The translations under genes were made by a program, and so were the position numbers. The notes under the pieces were generated by a model. The model was not told where the DNA came from and did no database searches. It saw only the letters and a program-made list of their open reading frames with translations. From an archaeon (GTDB lineage Archaea; Undinarchaeota; CAZHTU01; JBDRCC01), in the NCBI GenBank assembly GCA_043822065.1, contig JBDRCC010000001.1, positions 19,332 to 83,331 of the forward strand: 64,000 nucleotides of DNA, given 5' to 3'. Positions 53,869 through 63,075 of the stretch are shown piece after piece (position 1 is the first letter of the stretch; each line of letters begins with the position of its first letter).

Positions 53869-56800
53869 CTATCCGCCAACCACAGGCACGACCTGGACTG
53901 GTGTTGTTGCCTCTTTTTCCTTTGACTCGTAGGTGAACTTTATCCTCGCCTGGCTGAGGTGCAGCTGGCCCTCGATTGGGATTATCATCACTTTGTACGC
54001 GAGCTGAAGCGTCTGCCCAGGCATGATGTTCTGCAGGCTCCACGCAAGGCGCGTCCCCTCCATTACCTTCTCCACCTGCGGCACAAGGCGCGGGTCTACG
54101 CCGGCAAACGAATCAGGAAGCAGTGTGAACCCGAGCGGCAGGGTGTCATGGACGATTACGCTGTTCATCGGGCTGTCGGACTCGTTCCGGATTGAAAGGT
54201 TGATTGCAATCTGGTTCTGGGCGTTTCTGACGAGCTGCTTCGGCCAGGTGTATTTCGCAAGGGTGACTTTCGCCTCCGTGCCAGCAACGCAGACTTTTTC
54301 CGGCGGGCGGAGCATCAGCTGGATGCTTGCAGGTATACGCCTGACAAGGCTTGGCGGGAGCCTTGCAAGGAGGTTTTTCTCCTGGACGGTTATTATTATC
54401 ACTTCGCGCTTGTAGTAGCCAAACCCGGCAAGCAGGCAGAATGTGACAAGGGTCGCAATCAAGGTAAGGCTTACCCCAAATGGTGGGGCGGCTGCTCCTG
54501 CTTCAACCGGCTCTGGCGGAAGCGTTTCCGGGATTGGTATGTCCTTGATGAGCGCATACGCCTGATCTAGCAGGAGCTTCATTCCGGCGTAGTCCCCTTC
54601 CGCCTCTTTCACCTTTGCCTGCTGGAGGAGTTTCTTCGCCTCGTTGACAGCAGTCACGTCTTCGCCCTTTACATTCCCGAGAAGCGCGAAGACCTTGTTT
54701 TCCACGTCGTCCAACAGAGGGGATATTAGCTCATCGACCTGCGCTTCAGAGTCGCTTATCGCAGTATTGAATTTGGAGAATGCCAGATCCGCCTTGGATT
54801 TTGCGTTCGGGTAGTCGGACGCCCCGTATAGGTTGTTTGCCTGGGAAAGGAGAGCATCGCCCCCCTCGAGGGAGGCATTGGCTTCGGCAGTGGACAAATC
54901 TAAGGATTCAAGGCTGAATATCCATGACACTAAGCTGTCCCGCGCCTTGCTCGCGGCATTAAGGGCGGAAAGCGCTTCGGACGCGGAAGTCGTGAGCGGC
55001 GTTTCGCCGAGGTAGGGCAGAAGGTGGAATTTTATCCTGGCTGTTTTGCAGGTCCCTACTGAGAGGTAGGTCCCGTTCTCGGATTTGACTCCGCAAACAT
55101 CCGCCTTTATCTGGGCGCTGTAGTAGAATGTCCCGTTTTCTGCTGTGGACGGGACTAATACCCGCACATAAACGTCCTTTTTCTCCTTTGCAGGCACCTC
55201 TACGGATTCTGACTCGTACCAGTCCGGGTCCATGCCTGACATTCGCATGTGAAGGTGCGCAAGCTCGTCTCCCTCGTTTTCTACGGTATAGATTAGCGTC
55301 TTCTCGACCCCAAGCGTCAGGTTGACCTCCCGCTCGAAGGAGTCAAAGGAGATTGGCTTTGCTGTAAGTGTGACTGAGGAGGATGACGAGCCGCCGCCTG
55401 TGTCGTCACCAGTGCCGCTTGTAGCATTTTCCACAAGGCTCACTATGACTGAAGAGGTGCCGTTGCCGTAATTGCCGTTTCTTGAGTAGCCGACTGTGAC
55501 ATTGTAGGTGCCGGGGTAGGTGATTGTCATCGTGCATAAGACAACCCGGGCGCCTGCACCGAGGCCTTTTTCGCTTGAGGTCATGTACTGGCTCGGGCTG
55601 CAGGACACAGCCCCGCTGGCAGACGTGTCAATATCCGCGCCGTGGATGTCGCTGACTATGTAGTAGAAGTAGCTTGCAGTGTCCTCGTTCACGAGGGAAG
55701 TAAGGCTCTGGGCTGTCAGGATAAGGCTTGAAGAGACGCTGAGCGTCGTGTTCGCATAGGCGCTCTCGTTTGACGTCTGGTTCTTCCAGTGGAATACTAC
55801 TGACTTGACTCCAGTAGTGCCGGTGAGGGATGCCTGGCGGGTTGCGTTGTACAGCCCTGCTGTCGCGGTTTCCGTGACTGTGAAGGGCTCGCCTTCGCCC
55901 TCGACGGTGACATTCGCAGTCATATTTGCAGAGGTGTTCACTATCCCTGTAACCGGGCTCCCAGCTTTCGTGAGGTTCACCCATACACCATAATACTCAT
56001 AGCGGTTAAGCACAAGGTCAGCCGGGTTTGAGGTCAGGTAAGAAACCCATATGTCTGCGAGAATCGTAGAGTTGACATAGACATTTATGAAATCGGTAAC
56101 GGAGATGTTGCCTTTCGTTCCCGTAACATAAATGGTGTGGGGGCCGGATTCAGTGAAGTTGAAATGGCAGGTTGCGTTGCCTGCTGCATCGGTATTTGTC
56201 CGGTAGATTGCCATGCCTGCGCCGCCCCTCCAGGTGTCGTTGCAGGTTATGTTGGCGTCCGGCACGAAAGCGGTTGAGTTGAAGAGGCTGACGTTGACGT
56301 ATCCGGCTGTGTTTTCAGGATAGGTGGATGCGTTGGCAGTTATGTTCATGTAGAGCCAGTCGATGTAGTAGAGGACGGATGTGTTGACCGAGTTATTGCA
56401 CTGGTCGTAGGCGTAGACTGTGAAGTTTGCGGGCCCGTACTGCCCCAAAACGAAGCGGCAGGTGACGTCTGTCCCGTTGGCAGTTATGTTGATTGTCTCA
56501 AGAGTCTGGCTGTTGATGCAGCTGAGGTTCGCGACTGGGGCTCTCAAGCCGGACGCATCGAAGATGCCGACGGCCAATGAGAGGTTTGTGCCGTTGGAGT
56601 AATAGACAAAGGTAGGCGTGATGCTTGCCGACAGGAGGTCTGTTACATACAAAGTGATGTTGCCATATGCAATCTCGGCGCCCGCTGTTTGGTTGTAGAT
56701 GACACTTAGGAGGGACTGGGTGGTGTCGTTGACTGTGTAGTTTCCGCGCAGGAGCTGGAATGAGCTGGAGTAGGTTTCGTTCCTAAGGGGGATTGTGGTG

Positions 56801-58803
56801 CTGAGGAGTGGGATTGAGAGGTTTGAGAAGCCTATGTCCGCCGGCTGGGTGGTGACGTTGAACTCAATGTTGTTGCCGAGGTTGTATATTGTCTTGTTTG
56901 GGTAGACGCCGATTGAGGCCTCGTAGTAGCTCTTGTTGAAGAAGAATGTTTCGGACGAGTTCGACTGCTCATAGCTGTCGTTTGCAACGACGCGCCAGTA
57001 GTATTTCGTTATCCCTGGGACTGAGCTGACTGCAAGAGTGGTCTGCTCGGTGGAGGAATGGTATGAGGGGCTTGTGCCGTTTTCATAGTAGACATAGTAG
57101 GTTATTGTGCCGTTGCGCAGGTTCACGAACTTGAAGTAGTCAAAGTATAGTGAAGTATTTTGAGCGACGGAAGTGTCGCCAGTCCCGAAGTGTATTTCCT
57201 CGACAAGGAGCTGGATGTAGGAGACATTTGTAAGGTTGAAAGAGCCCGCGCTGGAAGTTGGGTTTGTGAGGTTGACTGTCAGGAGGTATTCTGCCCCAGC
57301 CGCGAGCGAGTAATTCCACTGGCGCCAGTCGGACTCTTTGTCGTAGAGGACTATCTTGAAGCCGGAAACCGCCTTGTCGGTTGTCTGGACGTAGAAGCGG
57401 AGCGCGTCGTAGGCGCTGGCGTCAAATGGTGCGAGGAAGGTCCGGTTCAGGATGTTTGTCTCGGAAATGGTGTCGCCGTCGTTGCTTACGGTCCAGTTGA
57501 GCCCGAAGGAGCCGTCGCGGACGAATGCTGTCTGATTTGTAATGTTTACAGAGTTCCCGGAGATTCCCCAGTCTGTCTGGTTCGCCTCGCCTGGAACCAT
57601 CAGGTGGATGTCTGAGTCAAAGACGTCAATCCACTTGAGGGTGTGGAGGGTGCCGCGCCCAAGGCTGGCGTTTGGTGGAGAGAGGAGCTGGGGGGTAGAT
57701 GGACGGTTGTTTCTGGCAAAGGTGCGGAGTGAACTTGTGGAGCCGTTTTCGTAGGAGTCATTGGAGACGACATACCAATAATAGGTCTGCCCTGGGGAAG
57801 TTGTTATGTTCAGGCTGTAGCTAGATGCGATATTGTAGACTGGCGGGTCGGAGCTGGTTCCGAAGTGGACGATGTACGTCACTAGGTCTGACTCTGCGTC
57901 GTAGCTTGGCGCCCAGGTGAGTGTCACGTTTTCAGAATATACCCTCTGGCTGTTTGAAGGGTAGAGGAGTGTAGTTATGTTTGGAGGTGCATTTTTCCTG
58001 AAGGAGTCTGCGAGCCGGGTAAGGTAAATCCTGCCTTTGACCGTACGGGTGGACTCTGAGTCATTTAGATAAACTGTTACCCGTCCATCCTCGACGCTGA
58101 AGTTGAAGAAGTGGACGACTGACCAGCCGCTGGCTGAGGTGGCTTTCGCAACCCAGGTTGGGTACTCGTCGACCTTGGCGCCGAGGTACTCCCCAGGGCC
58201 GTAGAGCTCTATGTCGAGCTTGTAGTAGCCGTTCTGGACCTCGATGCTGGCATTGACCACCGGGCAGTTTTCGCCGAGCTCGCAGAGGGTATCGTAGGTT
58301 GAGTCCCTGCCTATAGGGGGGGCAGAAATCTTCTGCCACTTGCTGTCGAAAGAATTTTCAGAATCTGTGAAATAGTCGCCGACCGCCGGCTCTGAGAAAT
58401 TTGCAGTGTAGAGTGTCTGGTTCCAGGAACTGAACTCGCTCATGTTGCCGAATTCGGACGCGTTGTAGGAGCGGACTTTCCAGTAATACGTCGTCCCGTT
58501 CAGGAGGCCTGTTGCGGTGTAATTAGTCTCGTTGACTACGTTGGTGCAGGAGGCATTGTTCAGTACTGTTGCTATAGTGGAGGAAAGGCATAGTGTGTAG
58601 TTCAGGCCGGTGTCTAGCTCATATGCCGGGTCTGAGGCGGACCAGTTGAGCATGACGGAAGTGCCGGTGATTCTAGTATAGTTCACTGGGTAGGTCGTGT
58701 TCGGCTGGACAGCAGTTGAGCTGTCGCCGGCGCCTGCAAGAACTAAGGCGAGCATTAGAGCTAATACTATACTCCCTACTAGGAGACCCTTCTTGCAATG
58801 CAT
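53869..58803 (-). CDS. Very large cell-surface glycoprotein (Fn3/Ig-like repeats, TM anchor, C-terminal Ig-like domain)
   Basis: Signal peptide, three YYW(K/Y/R)V...N Fn3-like strands, many N-x-S/T sequons, helical stalk, a late TM helix followed by about 175 more residues. Confidence 0.8.
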   Translation of the reverse strand: MHCKKGLLVGSIVLALMLALVLAGAGDSSTAVQPNTTYPVNYTRITGTSVMLNWSASDPAYELDTGLNYTLCLSSTIATVLNNASCTNVVNETNYTATGLLNGTTYYWKVRSYNASEFGNMSEFSSWNQTLYTANFSEPAVGDYFTDSENSFDSKWQKISAPPIGRDSTYDTLCELGENCPVVNASIEVQNGYYKLDIELYGPGEYLGAKVDEYPTWVAKATSASGWSVVHFFNFSVEDGRVTVYLNDSESTRTVKGRIYLTRLADSFRKNAPPNITTLLYPSNSQRVYSENVTLTWAPSYDAESDLVTYIVHFGTSSDPPVYNIASSYSLNITTSPGQTYYWYVVSNDSYENGSTSSLRTFARNNRPSTPQLLSPPNASLGRGTLHTLKWIDVFDSDIHLMVPGEANQTDWGISGNSVNITNQTAFVRDGSFGLNWTVSNDGDTISETNILNRTFLAPFDASAYDALRFYVQTTDKAVSGFKIVLYDKESDWRQWNYSLAAGAEYLLTVNLTNPTSSAGSFNLTNVSYIQLLVEEIHFGTGDTSVAQNTSLYFDYFKFVNLRNGTITYYVYYENGTSPSYHSSTEQTTLAVSSVPGITKYYWRVVANDSYEQSNSSETFFFNKSYYEASIGVYPNKTIYNLGNNIEFNVTTQPADIGFSNLSIPLLSTTIPLRNETYSSSFQLLRGNYTVNDTTQSLLSVIYNQTAGAEIAYGNITLYVTDLLSASITPTFVYYSNGTNLSLAVGIFDASGLRAPVANLSCINSQTLETINITANGTDVTCRFVLGQYGPANFTVYAYDQCNNSVNTSVLYYIDWLYMNITANASTYPENTAGYVNVSLFNSTAFVPDANITCNDTWRGGAGMAIYRTNTDAAGNATCHFNFTESGPHTIYVTGTKGNISVTDFINVYVNSTILADIWVSYLTSNPADLVLNRYEYYGVWVNLTKAGSPVTGIVNTSANMTANVTVEGEGEPFTVTETATAGLYNATRQASLTGTTGVKSVVFHWKNQTSNESAYANTTLSVSSSLILTAQSLTSLVNEDTASYFYYIVSDIHGADIDTSASGAVSCSPSQYMTSSEKGLGAGARVVLCTMTITYPGTYNVTVGYSRNGNYGNGTSSVIVSLVENATSGTGDDTGGGSSSSSVTLTAKPISFDSFEREVNLTLGVEKTLIYTVENEGDELAHLHMRMSGMDPDWYESESVEVPAKEKKDVYVRVLVPSTAENGTFYYSAQIKADVCGVKSENGTYLSVGTCKTARIKFHLLPYLGETPLTTSASEALSALNAASKARDSLVSWIFSLESLDLSTAEANASLEGGDALLSQANNLYGASDYPNAKSKADLAFSKFNTAISDSEAQVDELISPLLDDVENKVFALLGNVKGEDVTAVNEAKKLLQQAKVKEAEGDYAGMKLLLDQAYALIKDIPIPETLPPEPVEAGAAAPPFGVSLTLIATLVTFCLLAGFGYYKREVIIITVQEKNLLARLPPSLVRRIPASIQLMLRPPEKVCVAGTEAKVTLAKYTWPKQLVRNAQNQIAINLSIRNESDSPMNSVIVHDTLPLGFTLLPDSFAGVDPRLVPQVEKVMEGTRLAWSLQNIMPGQTLQLAYKVMIIPIEGQLHLSQARIKFTYESKEKEATTPVQVVPVVGG

Positions 58804-58852
58804 AAACGTTATCAAGGCAACCAATCATTTAAACCTTTGTTTTTATCGGAGA

Positions 58853-59482
58853 ATGAACAAAAAACAGCTTGAAATTGCACTCTCAAAGTTAGAGGGATTT
58901 GAAGAGCCGGTAGAGGGGCTTGAGCAGTACAGGACGCCTGGCTCTGTTGCCGCGGACATGCTCCATACTGCGTATATGCAGGGTGACATAGCCGGCAAGA
59001 CCGTCGCTGACCTTGGCTGCGGCACTGGGGTGCTTGCAATAGGTGCAGTCCTGCTTGAGGCAAAGAAAGTTTACGGAGTAGACATTGAGCCTGACGCCAT
59101 TGAGCTTGCTGTTTCGAATGAGAAGAGGGCTCTTGGAGAGCGGAGGATAGAGTGGATGCTCGCGCCAGTCGATGAGTTTGAAACGAAAGTCGACACTGTC
59201 GTCCAGAACCCTCCATTTGGGATTAAGGAGCGGCACGCAGACACTGTTTTCCTGGAAGCGGCGCTGAAGACGGCGAAAGTCATCTACACCATCCACGACG
59301 GGAACGAGGATACCCGAAAGTTTATAAACAATCATGTCAAATCATTAGGAGGCGCCGTATCCTGGGTCAAGAGGCTTGATTTTGAGCTTCCCAGGACATT
59401 GGAGCACCACAGGCTGGAGCTTACGCGCATTCCTGTTGACCTTTATAGGGTGGTATCTCATGAAACTGAAAAAAATCGATGA
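58853..59482 (+). CDS. METTL5-like SAM-dependent RNA methyltransferase
   Basis: LEQYRTP, DLGCGTG, NPPFG; start ATG 58853. Confidence 0.88.
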   Translation: MNKKQLEIALSKLEGFEEPVEGLEQYRTPGSVAADMLHTAYMQGDIAGKTVADLGCGTGVLAIGAVLLEAKKVYGVDIEPDAIELAVSNEKRALGERRIEWMLAPVDEFETKVDTVVQNPPFGIKERHADTVFLEAALKTAKVIYTIHDGNEDTRKFINNHVKSLGGAVSWVKRLDFELPRTLEHHRLELTRIPVDLYRVVSHETEKNR

Positions 59483-59705
59483 TTCGGATGGAATTTTGAA
59501 GGTGGAGATGGAGGGCGAGGACCACACGCTTGCAAACCTGCTCAGGGATGAGTGCAAGGGGTCCGTAGTCTCTTACAGGGTGGCGCACCCGCTGACCAGC
59601 AGCCCGGAGATAACTGTCAAGGACAAGAACGCCAAGAAGGTCCTGGCTGAGGCGGCTAAGAGCATCCAGTCGCTCTGCAAGGAATTCAGCTCAAAGTTCA
59701 AATAA
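59460..59705 (+). CDS. rpoL: RNA polymerase subunit L (Rpo11)
   Basis: GEDHTLANLL, YRVAHPL; start ATG 59460. Confidence 0.9.
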   Translation: MKLKKIDDSDGILKVEMEGEDHTLANLLRDECKGSVVSYRVAHPLTSSPEITVKDKNAKKVLAEAAKSIQSLCKEFSSKFK

Positions 59706-60160
59706 TGAGGGTTGTCGTCGACAAGGCAACTACGCGGGTTTTTGGAGAGGTTTGGGAGATTGTTGTTGGCTTAGGCCTTGCTTTCGTGCTTTATGCGGGC
59801 ATGTCGTTCGCGTTCCACACCCCGGTCCCCCTGACTGCGGTCGTATCGGACAGCATGGAACCAAATTATTATAAAGGGGATATGTTAGTAGTATATGGCA
59901 GTAGCTACGGCGTCGGGGATGTCGTAGTTTACGAAAATCCGAGGACAAGCCTTCCCATCGTCCACCGGGTGGTAAACGTGACTGACGATGGCAGGTTCAT
60001 CACAAAGGGGGACAACAACCCCCAGGATGATGTTTCCTCAGGGATAACCCCTGCGCCCGTCGGCGAGGAGAGCGTCCTTGGGAAGTCCGTCCTCCGGGTG
60101 CCGTACCTCGGCTGGATAAAAATCCTGTTCATGCGGTACGTGCTGGGATTCAAGGTCTAA
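59705..60160 (+). CDS. Signal peptidase I (Sec11-like)
   Basis: VVSDSMEP, IVHRV, TKGDNN, RVPYLG. Confidence 0.9.
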   Translation: MRVVVDKATTRVFGEVWEIVVGLGLAFVLYAGMSFAFHTPVPLTAVVSDSMEPNYYKGDMLVVYGSSYGVGDVVVYENPRTSLPIVHRVVNVTDDGRFITKGDNNPQDDVSSGITPAPVGEESVLGKSVLRVPYLGWIKILFMRYVLGFKV

Positions 60161-60161
60161 A

Positions 60162-60491
60162 ATGGGAGTGGTCTTTTGCGACAAGTGCGGAAGCGTGATG
60201 TACCTGGAAGGCAAGCGCCTCAGGTGCAGGAAGTGCAAGAGCTTTAAGATTGTCAGCAGGCAGGGCAAGGAAAAGGACTTCGTGATAAAGCAGGAAGTAG
60301 TCCACAACCCGAACGAGGATGTTTATACCGTCAAGGAGGAGGGGGCTCTCCCGACAACGAAAGCCGAATGCCCGGAGTGCAGCCACGAGACGGCATACTA
60401 CTGGTTCGAGCAGACGAGAAGCCTTGATGAGCCGAGCACCAGGTTCTTCAGGTGCCTGCAGTGCAAGAACACGTGGAGAGAGTATTCTTAG
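60162..60491 (+). CDS. tfs: Transcription factor S
   Basis: CDKC/CRKC and CPEC...QTRSLDEP...CLQC zinc ribbons. Confidence 0.93.
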   Translation: MGVVFCDKCGSVMYLEGKRLRCRKCKSFKIVSRQGKEKDFVIKQEVVHNPNEDVYTVKEEGALPTTKAECPECSHETAYYWFEQTRSLDEPSTRFFRCLQCKNTWREYS

Positions 60492-60557
60492 AATAGCGAC
60501 GGTAGACCAAGATAGATTTATAAGCTATAGATTCTTTAGGTGATAATAGGTGATAAA

Positions 60558-60782
60558 ATGGTAAGGCGAATCGAACACAAGAGTGTCTGGGTCGGACTTT
60601 CAGTGGGAGGCGCCCTCTCGATTGTGATAGGCGTGCTTTGGTTCATATTCACGATTGCGGGCAAACTGCTCGAGACAATGAGGCAGGATTGGATAGCTGC
60701 GCTCGTCATAATCGTGCTCGGCATGCTTGCAGTTGTGATAGGCGACACCGTCCTGATGAAGAAAGAAGCAGAAGGAGCATGA
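60558..60782 (+). CDS. Small two-TM membrane protein
   Basis: Two hydrophobic helices; AGGTGA SD-like sequence before ATG 60558; overlaps the next gene (ATGA). Confidence 0.6.
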   Translation: MVRRIEHKSVWVGLSVGGALSIVIGVLWFIFTIAGKLLETMRQDWIAALVIIVLGMLAVVIGDTVLMKKEAEGA

Positions 60783-61078
60783 AGCCATTTTTGGAAGCTT
60801 ATTCAAAGACAGACGCACGGGACGGCAAAAAGGTCCAGATTATCGGGAGGATTGAGAAAGCCAATGGAGGATTCTCCCTGAAGGCTGAAAAGTCCAGTAA
60901 GCCCCTTATTTTTGCCCAAAAGCCGCAAAAGCTAGAAAACATGGAGCTGGTGCGGGTTTTTGGCACAGCCGCCGCAGGCGGGATAAAGGTTGATTTTGTC
61001 CAGGATATGGCTGGCCTTGACCTAGATAAATACTTAAAGGTAAAAGCCCTTGAGGAGTTGAGCAAAAATGAGATCTAA
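60779..61078 (+). CDS. Small OB-fold protein, RPA3/RPA14-like
   Basis: VQIIGRI...LVRVFG...DFVQDMAGLDLDKY pattern; in a run of genes leading to PCNA. Confidence 0.5.
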   Translation: MKPFLEAYSKTDARDGKKVQIIGRIEKANGGFSLKAEKSSKPLIFAQKPQKLENMELVRVFGTAAAGGIKVDFVQDMAGLDLDKYLKVKALEELSKNEI

Positions 61079-61289
61079 AGCGGTTTTGGTTGGAACTGCT
61101 CTGCTTTCTGCAACTGCTTTTGCACAGGAGGAGGGTTCGGCCGCGCCGGACGCCAATCTCCCGGCACTGGTAGGCAGCGGATTTGGGCAGATAGTTACTG
61201 GAAGCGTTGGTCTCAAGCTGAGCGTGGTGTTCCTCGTGCTGATTGGATTCGCAGTGGGGTACTACCTCGCGACAAGCGGGAAGATATAA
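61068..61289 (+). CDS. Small membrane protein with signal peptide
   Basis: Signal-like N-terminus (AFA) and a C-terminal TM helix. Confidence 0.5.
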   Translation: MRSKAVLVGTALLSATAFAQEEGSAAPDANLPALVGSGFGQIVTGSVGLKLSVVFLVLIGFAVGYYLATSGKI

Positions 61290-61296
61290 TCATAAG

Positions 61297-62034
61297 ATGT
61301 TTGAAGCGAAATTAAAAGAGGCAAAGCTGATGAAGCAGAGCATAGATGCTGCTTCCCAGCTGATAAGCGAGACGTCACTTAGCATCAGGAAGGACGGTAT
61401 CGAGATGACCGCCATGGACCCGGCTAACGTCTCCATGGTAAGCTTTTTCATAGATGCGAAGGCTTTTGAGAAATACAATCTGGACAAAGACCTGAGCATT
61501 GGCGTCAGCATGGAAGACCTGACGAAAATCCTCAAAAGGGTGAAGGCTGACGAAGCCCTTGAACTGACATTAGCAAGCGAAAACAGGCTTGAGATAGGCA
61601 TGGGCAAGAGAAAGTTCAACATACCCCTCCTGGACCTCGGGGACAAGCAGACGAAGAAGCCAGACCTGGCATTCCCGGCTGCGGCTGAGATTAAGACCGG
61701 CGCTTTCGCAGATGCAATCTCAGATGCGGAGATTGTCTCCGACGCAGTCACGTTCGAAGCCTCCAAGACGGAGCTGAAGCTGACGGCGGAAGGGGACGGG
61801 CGGAAGGTCGAGATACTGCTCGATGGCAAGTCGGACGACGTTATCAAAATCGTGGCAGATTCTGAGGCGAGGTCCATTTTCCCGCTTGACTACCTCAAGA
61901 AGATGCTGAAGGGGGTTTCGATTGCGGAAACCGTGAACATCCAGCTGGGGAAGGACTACCCGCTGAAGCTCTCGGTCCGCGACGAGAACTTCCAGATGAG
62001 TTATATTCTCGCACCCAGGATAGAGAACGAATAG
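61297..62034 (+). CDS. pcn: DNA sliding clamp PCNA
   Basis: MFEAK, AMDPANVSMV, LGKDYPL, YILAPRIE; start ATG 61297. Confidence 0.95.
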   Translation: MFEAKLKEAKLMKQSIDAASQLISETSLSIRKDGIEMTAMDPANVSMVSFFIDAKAFEKYNLDKDLSIGVSMEDLTKILKRVKADEALELTLASENRLEIGMGKRKFNIPLLDLGDKQTKKPDLAFPAAAEIKTGAFADAISDAEIVSDAVTFEASKTELKLTAEGDGRKVEILLDGKSDDVIKIVADSEARSIFPLDYLKKMLKGVSIAETVNIQLGKDYPLKLSVRDENFQMSYILAPRIENE

Positions 62035-62043
62035 GGGGGACAG

Positions 62044-63075
62044 ATGAACAGGACAAAAGAGGATTACCTTGTGGAAGAAGTGAAGCACATTGACATCAAG
62101 AAGCACAATGTCATAAAGCTCCTCGACGAGATGGGGGACACCGCGTTCCAGGCGAGGAACATGTCACGGGCGGCGAAGATATACGACCGGATGCTTGCTG
62201 ACAAGGACTGCTCTGTAATACTCTGCCTTGCCGGCTCGATTTTCAGCGCAGGGCTGAAGAAGGTAGTCTATGACCTGATTGACAGCAACATGGTGGATGC
62301 CATAGTCTCCACCGGGGCGATAATAGTCGATCAGGACTTCTTTGAGGGGCTCGGGTTCAAGCACTACAAGGGCACGCCCATGAGCGACGACAACGAGCTC
62401 AGGGAGCTTCACATTGACAGGATTTATGACACTTACATAGACGAGGACGACCTCAGGGTCTGCGACATGACCGTCGCTGAGATTGCAAACTCGCTCCAGA
62501 AGAAGCCATACTCCTCAAGGGAGTTCATCCGCGAGATGGGAAGGTACCTCGTCGAGAACAAGAAGGGCAAGGGCTCGGTCGTCAGGATAGCGTACGAGAA
62601 AAAGGTCCCGATTTTTGTCCCGGCGTTCTCTGACTGCTCGGCAGGGTTTGGCCTGGTCCACCACCAATGGAACAACCCGGGAAGCCACATGACAATAGAC
62701 TCTGCAAAGGACTTCCTCGAGCTCACGAAGATAAAGATTGAGAGCAAGGAAACCGGCATATTCATGATAGGCGGGGGCGTCCCGAAGAACTTCACCCAGG
62801 ACACCCCGGTCGCGGCGGACATCCTAGGAAAGGAGGTCCCGATGCACAAGTACGCCATCCAGATTACTGTCGCCGACGAGAGGGACGGCGCGCTCTCCGG
62901 CTCGACTCTCAAGGAGGCAAACTCCTGGGGCAAGGTCGACCTGGCGTTTGAGCAGATGGTCTATTCGGAGGCAACGATTGCGATGCCGCTGATAGCGGCT
63001 TACGCCTACCACAAGAAGAGCTGGAAGAAGAGGCCTCAGAGAAAATACGGCGAGATGCTAGACTCAGCCAAGTAG
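62044..63075 (+). CDS. Deoxyhypusine synthase-like protein (possible homospermidine synthase)
   Basis: FQAR, IDRIYDT, PAFSDCSAG, GGGVPKNFTQD, DGALSGSTLKEANSWGK. Confidence 0.8.
   Translation: MNRTKEDYLVEEVKHIDIKKHNVIKLLDEMGDTAFQARNMSRAAKIYDRMLADKDCSVILCLAGSIFSAGLKKVVYDLIDSNMVDAIVSTGAIIVDQDFFEGLGFKHYKGTPMSDDNELRELHIDRIYDTYIDEDDLRVCDMTVAEIANSLQKKPYSSREFIREMGRYLVENKKGKGSVVRIAYEKKVPIFVPAFSDCSAGFGLVHHQWNNPGSHMTIDSAKDFLELTKIKIESKETGIFMIGGGVPKNFTQDTPVAADILGKEVPMHKYAIQITVADERDGALSGSTLKEANSWGKVDLAFEQMVYSEATIAMPLIAAYAYHKKSWKKRPQRKYGEMLDSAK

Noticed and set aside
58697-58852. N-terminal extensions on track ORFs for the methyltransferase (also RpoL, PCNA, Trm11, carbamate kinase, ZPR1)
   Set aside because: They overlap neighbouring genes or promoters; downstream ATGs match the family N-termini.
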